Source: Felis catus
Lineage: Eukaryota
Assembly (NCBI RefSeq): GCF_018350175.1
Contig: NC_058368.1
Coordinates: 129,396,001 to 129,460,000 of the forward strand
Direction: 5' to 3'
DNA: 64,000 nt
Shown here: piece by piece, positions 11,790 through 24,122 of the stretch
Position numbering within the stretch: position 1 is the first letter of the stretch
Layout of the letters: each line of letters begins with the position of its first letter
Program-made: the position numbers and the translations under genes
The notes under the pieces: generated by a model
The model's input: the letters and a program-made list of their open reading frames with translations, nothing else
Databases searched by the model: none
What the model was told of the DNA's origin: nothing

Positions 11790-12015
11790 CAGTATGGATT
11801 GTGTAGAATGACAGGCCTCTGAAGTTACCCAGACTGCATATGTGTCCCAGATCCACCTTTTGCCCTATGGCCCGAGGCATAACCACATAACCACAGCTTC
11901 TACGTCATATATAGGAAGGGGATAATAAAATATATATGAAGGGTTGCTATGTGGACTAAATGAGAGCTAAAAGAGTGTCTGCCCCAGGATAGACTTTCAA
12001 TAAACGTCAGTTTCT
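11790..12015 (+). mobile_element. MIR SINE
   Basis: agaatgacaggcctctgaag..cagactg..ggggataataaaa..agggttgctatgtggactaaatgag..tcaataaacgtcag. Confidence 0.6.
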
Positions 12016-12439
12016 TTTCTTACAAAGACAAGACACCAGAAGTCTTCAAATATTTAGGGGATTAAGATGGCCAAATGTCTCAAATTTATTTTAGGCCACA
12101 TGTAAACGAGGTAGAACTTCTATTCTTAACTGACTTCTGTAATCTGTACCATTTCCTAAAACCCCTTATCTCCATAGGAACTCCCTGAAACAAAAATATT
12201 TCCACCAATGGCAGAACGCAGTACTCCTGTGCCTTCCTCTTGAAGCCTGAAAAGTGCTTTTTCTTCACATTGGGAGGGGGAAGGGACCTTCCTGACATTG
12301 GCCTATATTACTCAGGATGTAGCTCAAGATCCAGAAGATGGGCCTCCTGGTAAGATTCACATAGCAATCATAGAAAATCGGGCTCAGCACTTGGTGTAGA
12401 ATCAGGAAAATTACAAGATGAATGGACCGTTGTGAATAT

Positions 12440-12526
12440 GAAACATAGCCTGTTCTTTAAAGTGAAAAGGAAGGAAAGAAAGACCCTGGCAATTATCGCC
12501 CTGTAAACATCAGTTCCAGCTGTAAT

Positions 12527-12581
<55 letters not shown>

Positions 12582-12965
12582 CGCACACACATGCGTGTGG
12601 TTAAGTAGCAGGAAAGTGATGATATCAGGAACAATAAGTGGCTTAGGCTTCAAAGAAACAAATCATGCCAGCACAATAGCTTTTTTTTTTTGACAGAGTT
12701 ATGAATAGATGGTGGGGAAATGCAAGAGATGTAATATATCTTATGTTAGTAAAGATTTGATATGTCTCAGGAAATTTTATTTGCAAAATTAGCTACAAGA
12801 TCACAAAGAAAGGTTATTGATAAATTGCAAAGTATCTGGTGGTAGGAAGGTGCAGAGATGGCCGCCTGGGATGGCCTTATTTAACAGTTTCATCATTAAT
12901 TTGGAAGAGGGAGTGAATCTTTCTCTGTGTTCATAAAAATTGCAGGTTATACGAAATCAGGACAT
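12440..12965 (+). mobile_element. CR1/L3 LINE reverse-transcriptase fossil
   Basis: gaccctggcaattatcgccctgta = DPGNYRPV; then degenerate GFxxNKSCQ..FFDRV..GNAxDVIYL..SKxFD, LFN..NLEEG and a decayed FADDTK-like segment, collinear with CR1 RT. Confidence 0.8.
12529..12599. repeat. Compound (GT)n(GC)n(AC)n microsatellite
   Basis: Unbroken alternating purine-pyrimidine run read directly. Confidence 0.98.
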
Positions 12966-13379
12966 GGTGTGAACACTGATCAGCCAGGGACTGACACAAA
13001 GTGGTCCCCAAAGAAGGAAGATTGGACAGAAACAAGAGGCAACTGAGAAGAGCCACATTTTTAGGTCTGTTTTGATTTACCTTTCTTGTAGTGCATAAAA
13101 TGAGAATGTGATAGCCAAGTGGGGCGACACAGACATGGAGAAGAAGATGGGCAACAGAAAGGAATCTGTTCAACACACACTCGTGGGGACCCTCATTTGC
13201 TGGGGCCAGTGTGTGCCAAGTTCTGCACGTGGACTTTGTGCTGTGTGAGCAGGTACTCAGACAAGGCTCAGGGATATTAAGAATCCTGCAATAGGAGAGG
13301 AACTTAAAATTTTGCATAATCTGACCATTACTCATCAGGTATAATTTGACATAGATTTGACTTCCTTGACTTCTGGGAA

Positions 13380-14400
13380 TTCTGTAGATTTACATTGTAT
13401 CTGTAGGTCAGTGGTCCACTTTGAGTTAAGCTTTGTAATAGGTATGAGGTATGGGTCAAGGCAAAATTTTTTTGCATAGGGATATCCAGCACCATTTTTT
13501 GAAAAGACTATCATTTCCTCTTGAATTGTCCTTCTTTGTCAAAAATTGGTTCTCATCCATGTGTCAGTCTACTTCTAGAATATTTGTTCTGTTCCACTGG
13601 TGTGTGTGTCCATCCTTTTGCCAGTAACTCACTTTCTTGATTACTGTAGCTATATAGTAATTCTTGAAATCACCTAATGTAAGTCCTGCAACCTTGTTCT
13701 TCTTTTTCAAAATTGTTTAGGCTATTCTAGTTCCTTTCTTCTTTCATATAAGTATTATAAACATATTAACATATTGGGTCAATCCATGAACACAGGATAT
13801 CTCTCCGTTTCTTTAGGTTTCTTTGATTTCTCTCATCAGTAGTTTTTTTAAAGGTATGGATCCTGCACTTGGTGCTATTGTAAATGATATTGTTTTTTTT
13901 TAAAATTTCACATTCCGATTTTTTATTGCTTGTATATAAAAATACAAATGATTTTTGCATATTGACCATGTACCTCATGGCCTTGCTGAACTGACCTATT
14001 AGTTCTAAGGCCTTTTTGTAGATTGTTTGGAATTTCATAACAGGCAATCATGTCATCTGTGACAGAGAATTTTATGTCTTCTTTTTCAATCTGTATGGAT
14101 TTTATTTGTTTTTATTGCCTTATTGCCCTGACTAGGACTTCTAGTACAATGTTGAAGAAGAATGGTAAGAGAAGAAATTCCTGTCTGTTCCCCATCTTAG
14201 GAGCAAGGCAGTGAGTCTCCATATATGATGTGAGCTGTAGGCTCCCAGCATATGTCTTTTATCTTAAGAGAGTTCCTCTCTATTCCTAGTTTCCTGGGAG
14301 GTTTTAATCATGAATGGATGTTGGATTCTGCCAAGAAAATTTTGCATCCATTTCAAGAATCAAATAATGATTTTTTGCTTTAGATTCTCTGTTATCTTTT
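13380..14400 (-). mobile_element. L1 ORF2 fragment (old L1M)
   Basis: Antisense L1 strings gaaaagactatcatttcc, ttgattactgtagctatatagta, ctaggacttctagtacaatgttgaa; ORF 13766-14047 (LELIGQFSKAMRYMVNMQKSFVFLYT..DILCSWI) matches L1 ORF2. Confidence 0.9.
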
Positions 14401-14459
14401 AGAGAAGCTAAAAGTGAAATTGTGAATTTATATCATACCACATTTCTTAATTTTATATA

Positions 14460-14817
14460 GAACTAAGTTTTTGTCTGATATCATATCCCTTCTACTGGAA
14501 GACCTTTTTAAAAACATTTCTTGCAGGCTACATATGATGGCAATAAATATTATGTTTTTCTTTGTCTGATAAATTCTTTATTCCTCCTTCATTTTTAGAA
14601 GATATTTTTTTCCAGGGGTAGAATTCTGAATTGACAGATTTTTTTTTTCCTTTTGGTCATTTCATTGTTCTTTGGATTGTATAGTTGCTGACAAGAAGTG
14701 TATTATAATTCTCATCTTTGTTTATCTATCTGTATTGTGTTGTTTTTCTCTAGCTGTCTTTAACATTTCTTCCCCTCTCCTTTGGCTTTGAGCAGTTTGG
14801 ATATGATGCTGGTAGAG

Positions 14818-14865
<48 letters not shown>

Positions 14866-16500
14866 AGTATTTATCTTGCTTAGTCTTCTCTGAATTTCTT
14901 AAAGTTGATATTTGATACTTGTCATTGATTTTGGAAATTTTGCAGCCATTATTTCTTCTCTTTTCCTCTCTTTTCTTTCTGGGATTCTAAGTATACATAC
15001 ACTAGACCACTTATTTTCTGACAGCCCTGAGATGAAAAGAGGCTGTCTCTGAGGTGCAGCAAAAATGGATGACCTAATGCTCAGGGTAAGGCAGCCACTG
15101 AGAAAAAACCCGTATTTGTTTATTTAGCATTAGTGTTACTCTCTGTGTTTCAGTTTTTGTAATTTATGTTGACATATCTTCAAGTTCACGGATTCTTCCT
15201 TCAGCTGTGTCAAGCCTACTGATGAGGTCTTTGAAGGCATCACTGAAGGCTCTGCTACTGTACTTTTTTCACTTAAGCATTTTTATGTGACTTTTGCTTA
15301 TAGTTTTCATTTCTTTGCTGAAATTACCTATCTTATCTTGCATTTTGTCCTCCTTTCCTATTAGAGTCCTTAATCTATTAATCATAGTTATATGAACTTC
15401 CGGGTCTGAAAGTTCCAACATTTGCATCATATCTGGTTTGGTTCTTTTGTTTGCTTTGTCTCTTTGCAGTGTCTTGTTTACCCTTGTCTTTTTTTTTCAC
15501 TTGCTTCATAACTTTTTTGTTGAGAGCTGGACATCTTCTATAGAACGGTAGAGGCTGAGAGAATTTTATGCTGAAACTGGGCATGGTTTTCTTATGCTAG
15601 TCCTTTACTCTGCAGTTTTAAATGAATCCAGTAAGGACTTGAGCTGTGTTTAGGGTTTATTGTTGCCATGGTTACCCACAATGCATCGCATGCTCCAGAT
15701 GCCTCTAGTTCAGGATGGGGGCTGGTTCACTATGGGGTTTTTCTCAGTGGCTGCCTTACCCTGAGCATTAGGTCATCCATTTTTGCTGCACCTCAGAGAC
15801 AGTCTCTTTCCACACTATTGCAATACTCCCTACAGAAGCCCATTGTTACTTGACATGTGTTAGCTTGGTGATGTTGACAGGAGCCTCTATTGTTCAGATA
15901 ATATGTCAGACTTAGATAGTCACTGGGCCCTTGTGTCTTATGGGCTTTCACTGCTTTGTCAGTCCTCCTGCCTCTGCCCTGAGTTTAGAAGATTTCGTTT
16001 TTCTTTTTTCTTCCTCAGCTACAATAGGTTTTTGACAGTGCCTCAGAGTGACCATGTTTGTTTCTCTTCTTCCCACTGTATAAGGCTTATGTTCCATAGG
16101 GGAAGTATGCGAAGGATCATGGAGAAGGGAGCCCTCACTTTCCCACAGCCCTGCCATTCACCTTCTACAAGCATATACTCCAAAGGATGCTTTCTCATGA
16201 CCCTCACCATTATGTTTTGTGAGCACATGGGTAGGTTAGTTAGAAAAGAGTGTACACGTGTGTAAAAATCTAAAGCCCCCGGCAATCCTATATTGTCTCC
16301 ATTACTCACTTATACCCCACCTTTGTTGACCTACACTCAATCCTCACCAATTTGTTCACAATTTTAGCTAAATTCTTCTTACCATTGTCCAGGTGCATGT
16401 GTCCCAGGTAAGAAACTGGCCTCCCCTCCTCTGTCTTTGTAAGCAGCTGTCATTCCTTACCTCTCTGATAGGGTAAAAGAGAAGGTGTGGATTTGCCATT
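14460..16500 (-). mobile_element. L1 ORF1 / 5' region, probably the same element as 13380-14400
   Basis: T-rich antisense L1 ORF1-type text (ttttggaaattttgcagccattatttc, ttgacatatcttcaagttcacggattcttccttcagctgtgtcaagcctactgatgag). Confidence 0.7.
14821..14863. repeat. (TG)21 microsatellite
   Basis: Read directly. Confidence 0.98.
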
Positions 16501-18815
16501 TGCCTCCTTTTGTGTGTGTATGTTGTTGCTGTGTTTGCTGCTGTTGTTTTTGTAAGGATGAGTGTGATACTCTTTCCAGCTTTCTGTGTCCCCAGATGGA
16601 GCAGAAAGCGTCTTTTTCTTTTGATAAGACAACTAGAAATCTGCCGTGTGTTTGAGACCAGATCCCATTCTGTCCCCCCATGCCTCTCCCTTTCTTGTGG
16701 CAGTGATTTTAGGGATTTGGAATTAAAGGTCCTAATGGAGAGCTGAAAAATACACTCCCCTTGTAGGTAAAATGGTATCCACCTCCTGTATTGATTTGAA
16801 TCATTTGATATTTGCTATAGCGTCCATTTTGGATATTTTTTCATTATTCTCCTGATCAAGTCAATAAAATCTTCAGAAATTCTCATGTGTTGAGAGAGCA
16901 TGTGAATTACATTATTACACATTTATTTACCCTTGATAACACTTCACAGAAGCTTTCCTAAACCACATTTCCCATTTCCTATTTCAAAGGTATAAAGCCA
17001 ACAGGCTATTCCATTATTTCAAAAAATAAAAGAAATCATTCAATTAGTAGTATGTCAGATGAAAGGGACACTTTGAATTGTGGCATTATTCTGAATGTAT
17101 GAAAAGCAAAGTCTGCACCTGTCATAACTATGGGATGAGGCATGAATATTCTATACATTTCTGATTAATCAAAATCCACGCAAAAATATCAGTCAGATCA
17201 GAAGAGTCAGAATTGATTAAACCATATTTAGCTTATCTGTATTGTCCCGGTATCACACAGATTAGAATAGAAGCCAGTGTGATAGCGTGAGAACAAAAGA
17301 CTTGTCAACCTGACACTATTTTAAACACAGAAACAAATGGAATCTTGCAAACCAATCCTGATTAACTAAATCTGACTCTACCTTGAAAAACATAATGGTA
17401 TTTTTATGATTTTAATATGGTTATCAGCACATCCCTTCTATTCTAAGATATCTAGACACATAATCTTCAGGTATTGGGAAATAGCATCTCCAATTTGAGA
17501 ATAACATGGTCTGCAGTATGCCAGACACATACAGGAAACTACAGGGCAAACTTGTCTCTGGTGTGATTAAAAGCTCACTTGAAAGGACCTCTTTGCATGT
17601 GGAACTTTTCTGGGCAAAGGATAGAGGGCTTCTTTGTCTTCAAAGAGCTTCAAAGGATATACAGCAAAAAGCATGTGCAAACTGGAGAATCAGATGTGTG
17701 AGGTAAGGAAAGTATTAACATTTTATGCTCAGATGATGCCTAGTATCTCAAGCCCCCTACGCCTTGGCTTCTTCCCCCAAACAAAATCTGTTCATATGTA
17801 AACGGGCAGAACAAAGCTCCACCTGATCCCTTCCATTGCTGTTGTGCTGGGCAGGCTGAAGGCTTTGGAATACTGGGTGGCTATGGATGGTGGCTGTGGA
17901 TGCAAAGGTGGACTGTAATAGTGGGGGCCACTGCTGGGGATGATCTTCCCTGCCTGGCCTCAGAGGACCTTGCAGTGGGCAGATGTAGCCCTGGGTCTGT
18001 CCTCTACCTGACTAGAATGTATTTTGCGAACGACTTATTCACCATGCCTTTTACTACCATATTACCCACCTGAAGATTAAATCTTACACTCCCTGAGAAG
18101 CTGGAAGATACGTTGAGCATGCTCCCAAAGCTTTTCCTCTCCGCTCTCGGTGTCCCATTGGGTCCCTACAGCCCATTTTTTGGGCTAGGAGGCCTCCCTC
18201 CCTCCCGTGATCCACAGCAGCATTTCTGATGGAAGAGGCTGCTGGTCCTTCCACCCTGGTGGGCAGAGGGTGATGTGGTGAGCTCTTTCAAGAGGACTGT
18301 GTGCATTTAAAAAAAAAAAAAAACCAAAAAAAACTCCATCTCTGCCAAAACCTATAAATACTTTCAATAAAGGCATTTTCTCTTTTGTTTCTAAGAAGAG
18401 AATAGCGTGGTGGGGGACAACATAAATTTTAAAGTCCACAATTTGTTCCATTCAAAACCAATTAGCAATCAGAGCGACAGTGGGCTTTTTCTGGGCTTCC
18501 CGCAGCATCAATACCACAATAGCTCTTCCCAAGCTAGCTGAATTGAAATATTCTCACCTGACATCCCTTTTTTTTGTTGTTGTTAACCCACCCCCCCCCC
18601 TTCCCTTTTTTGGTTTACTTTTCTTTAAATCCACAAACTGTATTCATTGGCAAGCAATGGAAAGAAGTGTGACTTGTAACATTTACAAAGGCAGGGCCAA
18701 AGCCTCTCATTTAAAACTCACTGACCACTCACAGGAACACTCCTCTATTTGACTTGCAGTGAAATTCCACCTTGATAAACCCTCTGGAAGAAATAGTTTT
18801 TTACAAAGGTAAGAT

Positions 18816-18840
18816 ATTTATTTATTTATTTATTTATTTA

Positions 18841-18876
<36 letters not shown>

Positions 18877-19050
18877 AGAGAGAGATCTTGTGATTGGGGG
18901 AGAGGGGCAGAGAGAGAGAGAGAGAATTTTAAGCAGGCTCCACACTCAGCATGAAGCCCAACACAGGGCTTGATCCCATGACCCTGGAATCATGACCCGA
19001 GCTGAAATCAAGAGTCAGGCGCTAAGCTTACTGAACCACCCAGGTGCCCC
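18816..19050 (-). mobile_element. Can-SINE with compound (ATTT)7(ACTT)8 tail
   Basis: Antisense head ccacccaggtgcccc, gctgaaatcaagagtc; degenerate TSD caaaggtaagatattt / caaaagtgagatgttt. Confidence 0.95.
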
Positions 19051-19370
19051 CTCAAAAGTGAGATGTTTTAGACTCAAATTTTTCCACAAATTCTCTAGAT
19101 AAGAGATCCCTTTTGAAAAAAACTTCTCTAATTCTAGTCCATCCTAGGTATTCATAACCCTGATACTCTAGCCAGATGAAAAGATGTTTTAATAATTTGT
19201 TCCTGTAATATCAATCAAATCTGCTCCATTACATATTCTAGAATTCGTGTCCTATTCTGAGGGGAGTATCTATGAATGGGTAGTAATGAAACTTCTACAG
19301 ATTAAAAGATCAATCATTTTTAATGTTAAAACTTTTTAACGTGGGTATTACTTTTTAAAACTGTCTGATC

Positions 19371-20064
19371 AGAGAAAGGGGAACTCTCTTCTACTGTTGG
19401 TGGGAATGCAAACTGGTGTAGCAACTCTGGAAAACAGTATGAAGTTTCCTCAAAAAGTTAAAAATAGAATTACCTTACTATCCAGCAGGGATAAATACTA
19501 GGTATTTACCCAAAGGGTCCAAAAATACTGATTTGAAGGGATAGAAGTACCCTGATGTTTATAGCAGCACTATCAACAATAGCCAAATTATGGAAAGAGC
19601 CCAAACGTCCAAAGACTGCTGAATGGATAAAGAAGATGTGGTGTATATATGCAATGGAATACTAGTCAGCCGTCAAAAAGAATGAAATCTTGCCAATTGC
19701 AACAATGAGGGCAGAGCTAGAGAGTATAATGCTAAGTGAAATAAGTCAGTTGGATAAAGACAAATAACATGTGATTTCACTTATATGTGGAATTTAAGAA
19801 ACAAAATAAATGAACATGGGGGGTGTGGGGAAGAGAGACAAACCATAAAACAAACTTTTAACTATAGAGAACAAACTGAGGGTTGATGGACGGGAGGTAG
19901 GCAGGGGTTGGGTTAAATGGGTGATGGTACTACAGAGAGCACTTGTTGAGATGAGCACTGGGTGTTGTATATGTAAGTGACGAATCACTCAATTCTACAT
20001 CTGAACCTAATATTATACTATACGTTAAGTGACTGGAATTTAAATGAAACTTGAAAAAAATAAA
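19371..20064 (+). mobile_element. Carnivore L1 (L1_Carn-type) 5'-truncated 3' end
   Basis: Well-preserved actgttggtgggaatgcaaactggtgtagc, aatagccaaattatggaaagagcccaa, gatgagcactgggtgttgtat, carnivore-type 3' UTR and A tail. Confidence 0.92.
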
Positions 20065-20676
20065 TGCCATTGACCAAAGCTAATTAGGCAGAGATGTTTT
20101 AGAGTAAGAAATCTAAGTGATTGGCAAAAAAAACTGGAGGCAGGTGGGGGCAGGTGAGGAGAAAGAGGGACAAAGTGGGGATGACAATTTTGACACAAGG
20201 CATTGGTTTGCAATTTTGTGCTTTCTGCATACCAGAAGTAACGATGAAGGAAGATGGATGAACAGAAAATGTTTGTGCCAGGACTGAGAAAGCATGGATG
20301 TTGAGTGACATCATGCACAGAAAGTGGAGTCCAAGGGCTATGTCTTCCTATGGAAAGTTTGTAATGCTGTAGTAAGAAATGCCATTTGTTTAGTGAGTAG
20401 AGAGCTGTGCTTCAGAACCATCAGTTTGGTTCCACACAGAAGTGAAATGTTAGCCTGTGTTTCCTATTAGCTGTTGTGGGCACTGGTGGTGATCTTCTCA
20501 GCATCCAACTCTGTTTTGTCCTGTCCCAACAGAACTTGGACTTGTTTGGGTATCCCCCAGGCTTCCACACACCCCAGGAGACATGGGAAGCTGACCCCCC
20601 CCCCCCCACACACACACACTCCACAGTTCCCAGGAGTGAGCCTGATTTAATAAGGATCATCTTGTTCCTGCAGAGG

Positions 20677-20993
20677 AGAGGTGAGCAAGCCTTTCCTGTG
20701 AAGGGCCAGATAGTAAACACTTTAGGCTCTGTGGTCAGACCACTGAGGCCACTGTAGTGCAAAAGCAGCTCAAACAACACATAAATGAATGGGTGTGGCT
20801 GAGTTCCAAGAAAACTTTACTTGGGAACACTAAATTGTTAATTCCTTATAGTGTTCACCTCATAGAATGGCATTCTCTTTTTTGATTCTTTTCAACCACT
20901 TGAAAATATAAAAACCGTTTTTCACCTAGCAGGCGGTACAAAACCAGACACTGGGTTGAATCTGGCCTGTGGGCTCTAGTCTGTTGACACTTG
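20677..20993. mobile_element. hAT-Charlie MITE, MER58B-like
   Basis: aagggccagatagtaaa, aaatgaatgggtgtggctgagttccaagaaaacttta, tctggcctgtgggctctagtctgttgacac. Confidence 0.8.
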
Positions 20994-21001
20994 TTCTAGG
21001 G

Positions 21002-21585
21002 ACCAGCACTTCTAACAGCATTTTGAGGGATAGTGGAAATGTTCTGTAAGTGGCCACATGTGACTTTGAGTACTCGAAATGTGTCTGGGGTGAATTATTG
21101 TGTTTTAATTCTATTTAATTCTAAATAATTTAAATGTAAACAATCTCCTTTGGCTAATGTAATAAGGAATCTTCATTTTGGATGTTTGCTGACAGCTTTT
21201 AGGCCACACGCCTCTGTCTTCCCCTTGTGCCTGCATCTATGCAAGCAGATAAGAAAGCCTAGGAGCTCCTCCTTTGCAGCAATGGGAGATTCTAACCACC
21301 CAAGCCCTTGCCTGCACCCAGGAACTCTCTTACTGGTCCCACCCATGACTATAATAAAGAACCGGGCCAGCCCCCTTTCCCTGCTCTCTTGAACTATTTT
21401 GAACCTGCTTGAGAGGGCTGCTGTGCTCTCGAGAGAGACCTGAATTATGTAAGCTATCAAACCTTTCATATCCTCCTGGTGTGTATGTGGCATCATCGGC
21501 TTTGACATCCAAACCAAATTTCGGGTGGGGGTTCATTTGCCTCTCGAGGTGACCATAACAGTCATTATCATGTTGGACAGCACAG
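21002..21585. mobile_element. MER3-like hAT MITE split by an LTR
   Basis: gatagtggaaatgttctg..gtggccacatgtgactttgagtactcgaaatgtg..tggcta, resuming after 21560 with atgttggacagcacag (MER3 terminus). Confidence 0.7.
21158..21560 (+). mobile_element. Solo LTR, ERV1-class-like (family uncertain)
   Basis: TGTAAT...ATAACA termini, TATA-like ctataataaa, decayed polyA region tatgtaagctatcaaacc; 403 bp interrupting MER3. Confidence 0.75.
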
Positions 21586-21649
21586 GTCACAGAATACTAT
21601 GGGTACAGGGTAATGACCCTGGAGTTGGACTACTGAGAAAACAATGAGA

Positions 21650-21934
21650 AGTTAGGGATGTCTGGGAAATTTCTTTTTAATTTTTCGGAAATAATCCTCT
21701 TTCTTTGACTCAGTGTGAACATGGAATTCTGCAGTCCCTTTGCTGCTGGCATCTGTGTTTTGCCTATAAGGGGAAGCAGCCTTAGAGAATGAAATTGATC
21801 CTGTGATGGGATAGTGAGTCTTTAATGACAGTATTAAGCTGCTGGATCAGCCCCTTCTTGAAGCTGCCACGTCCTCTCAGCTTCCAGGGATGTGATTTCT
21901 GAATCAGATTTCTGTTAGTCTGAAACAGCCTAAC
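21650..21934 (+). mobile_element. MaLR LTR fragment (MLT1J-like)
   Basis: gctgctggca.., gagtctttaatgacagtattaagctgctggatcagcccc..tgaagc, terminal cctaaca. Confidence 0.55.
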
Positions 21935-22113
21935 ATATATAATTGATTCTAAGAACCACACTCCCCAACCCAATTTTAAAATCTCGAAAACTGTAATCAG
22001 TCTTACAGTCTATAGTACAGCATAGTTTACTGGGAGAATCTTCTTTCTTCTTTGCAATACATAGGATAATATTGTGTCTTAAAATGTGGTGTCTTAGATC
22101 GGATGAACTACTG
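21935..22113. mobile_element. TcMar-Tc2 MITE, MER104-like
   Basis: Inverted ends attgattctaaga / tcttagatcggatgaa with internal gtcttaca repeats. Confidence 0.55.
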
Positions 22114-22809
22114 TAGATTTGATGACTACTTTAGGCTTTGGGATTTCTTTCTTTCTACTTCTGGCTTTTAATGCTTTAAGTAAGCTTTTGTTCTAAGATA
22201 ATCTTTTCTTTAAGTTTGCAATAACCCCCAATATTATAAAGCTGTATTTTCAGGTTAGCACATCTTCAGAGCATGCCTAGTTGAACTTTAGTGCCAGGGT
22301 AAGATTTTATTACCTGAACAATACGTTCTCGTTTGTGAACTAAAGGCAGTATGCAAAACATCGTCCAAAAGTGGAGAGATCATTTGGGAATATCAACTAA
22401 ATTAAAAAATATTGTTAAGGGGCTGACATATTCTAGCGCTATTCAAGCACTGAATGAACTGGCCTTGGATGAAATGAAAAAGAGTGTATCTGCTTAATTG
22501 TATGCTTGATGCACTCCATTGTCCCTGCCTACTGGTGGGCAAACTTAACTGTGAATTACATTTCTGTTATTATTCGATTTTTAACATTCTCTTTGTTTTA
22601 TTGCAAAAATTCAGCCTAATGCAAGCATATTATTATGGGTTTTAAGTCAAGAACCACCAAGCATTGCCATTAATTCAAATATACTGAAATCCAAAATAAA
22701 TACCCACTTTCAAGAGCCAAAACTCCCAGTCATGTTGAATTCTTTTATTACAAAAAGGGCCTTCTTGCCAGCCTTCCCTCTACTCCACCCCAAAACTGTA
22801 TCCAAATGG

Positions 22810-23470
22810 GAACAAGAAACTGTAATGGAAAATAAAGTCCTATTTCATAATTTCAACAAAAAGATAAAACACCTAAAAGAATATGTGACCTATTTGCAGA
22901 AGAGTACAAAAGTTTGACATCTATAAAAGAAGTCGAATAGATTAATATAATGGTTTTGTGTTGAAAAAGTAATGTCAGTCTTACACAAAATACTTAGTGG
23001 ATTTATGAAATTCTCATAAAAACCCAAGATAAATGGGGAGAAGGGAGGGCGATACAGTAATTTTAAAGACGAAGGGCCAAAATAATCAAGAATATATTGA
23101 AAGTAAAGACTAATGAAAGAGAATCTGCCTTATCAGATAATGCAACTCCAATAATTAAAGCAGTGTGCTACTGACAACAGAATTGACAGATGGATCAATG
23201 TAATGGATTTGATAGCCCAGAAATCGACCCCAGTATAGATGCGAGCTTAGTATATATTAAAGGTGGCATCACAAATCAGTGAAAAAAGGAGCCATTATTG
23301 AATAAGTGGTCCTGGAACCGATGGTTAACTATTTGGAAGAACACAGTCAAATTACCACTCTAAAATAAATTGCAGTGGGTGACCTTTGACCTATTCAATG
23401 CTAGAGGTAAATATAGAATGAGAAGTAGTCTTTCAGCATAAATGAATCAGAAGAAATCGTAAGGAAAGTA
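22810..23470 (+). mobile_element. Ancient L1 ORF2 fragment
   Basis: taattaaagcagtgtgctactgac..gacagatggatcaatg..atagcccagaaatcgaccc..aaaggtggcatcacaaatcagtg. Confidence 0.7.
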
Positions 23471-23711
23471 AATCACAATAGAAGATGTAGCATATGTGTC
23501 TGTCTCCTCTCTTGTCCTCAGTGCCCATGAAATAGATAAGAAAGAATAGACTGAAAGAATCAAATCCTACGTAAAACAAACAAATAAAGTAAGTACCGTT
23601 ACCAGAAAGTGATAAAGCTCTGGAAGATAGAAAGTAGAGAAACTATAGTCCAAAGCAACAAAGGAAAGGTCCTCCGCAGATAAGAACTATTCTCCCCAAT
23701 AAAGCCCTAAA

Positions 23712-23895
23712 GCAGGGGTTCTTGAGGATGGTCCCCCGACCAGCAGCAGAAGCTCCTGGGAACTTATTAAAAATGCAAATTCCTAAGTCTCAGTGCAGAC
23801 CTACAGAGTTAGAAATTTGTGGAGTGGGTCCCGACCACCTGGATTTTAACATGCCTTCCAGGTGGTTCTGATACACATAGCATTCAAGAACTCCT
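23712..23895. mobile_element. MER5A hAT MITE
   Basis: ggtcccccgaccagcagc, cctgggaacttattaaaaatgcaaattc, ttttaacatgccttccaggtggttctgat. Confidence 0.8.
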
Positions 23896-23902
23896 TTTCT
23901 AG

Positions 23903-24122
23903 GAGGGCTCCTGGGTGGCTCAGTCAGTTAAGTGTCCAACTTTGGCTCAGGTCGTGACCTCATGGTTCACGAGTTCAAGCCCCGCGTTGGGCTATGTGCT
24001 GTCAGCTCAGAGCCTGGAGCCTGCTTCAGATTCTGTGTCTCCCTCTCTCTCTGCCCCACCCCTGCTCGCACTGTCTCTCTCTGTCTCTCAAAAACAATAA
24101 AAATTAAAAAAATTTTAAAAAA
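23903..24122 (+). mobile_element. Can-SINE (SINEC_Fc-type)
   Basis: Full head-body-tail; flanks aagaact..ttctagg on both sides as TSD. Confidence 0.95.
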
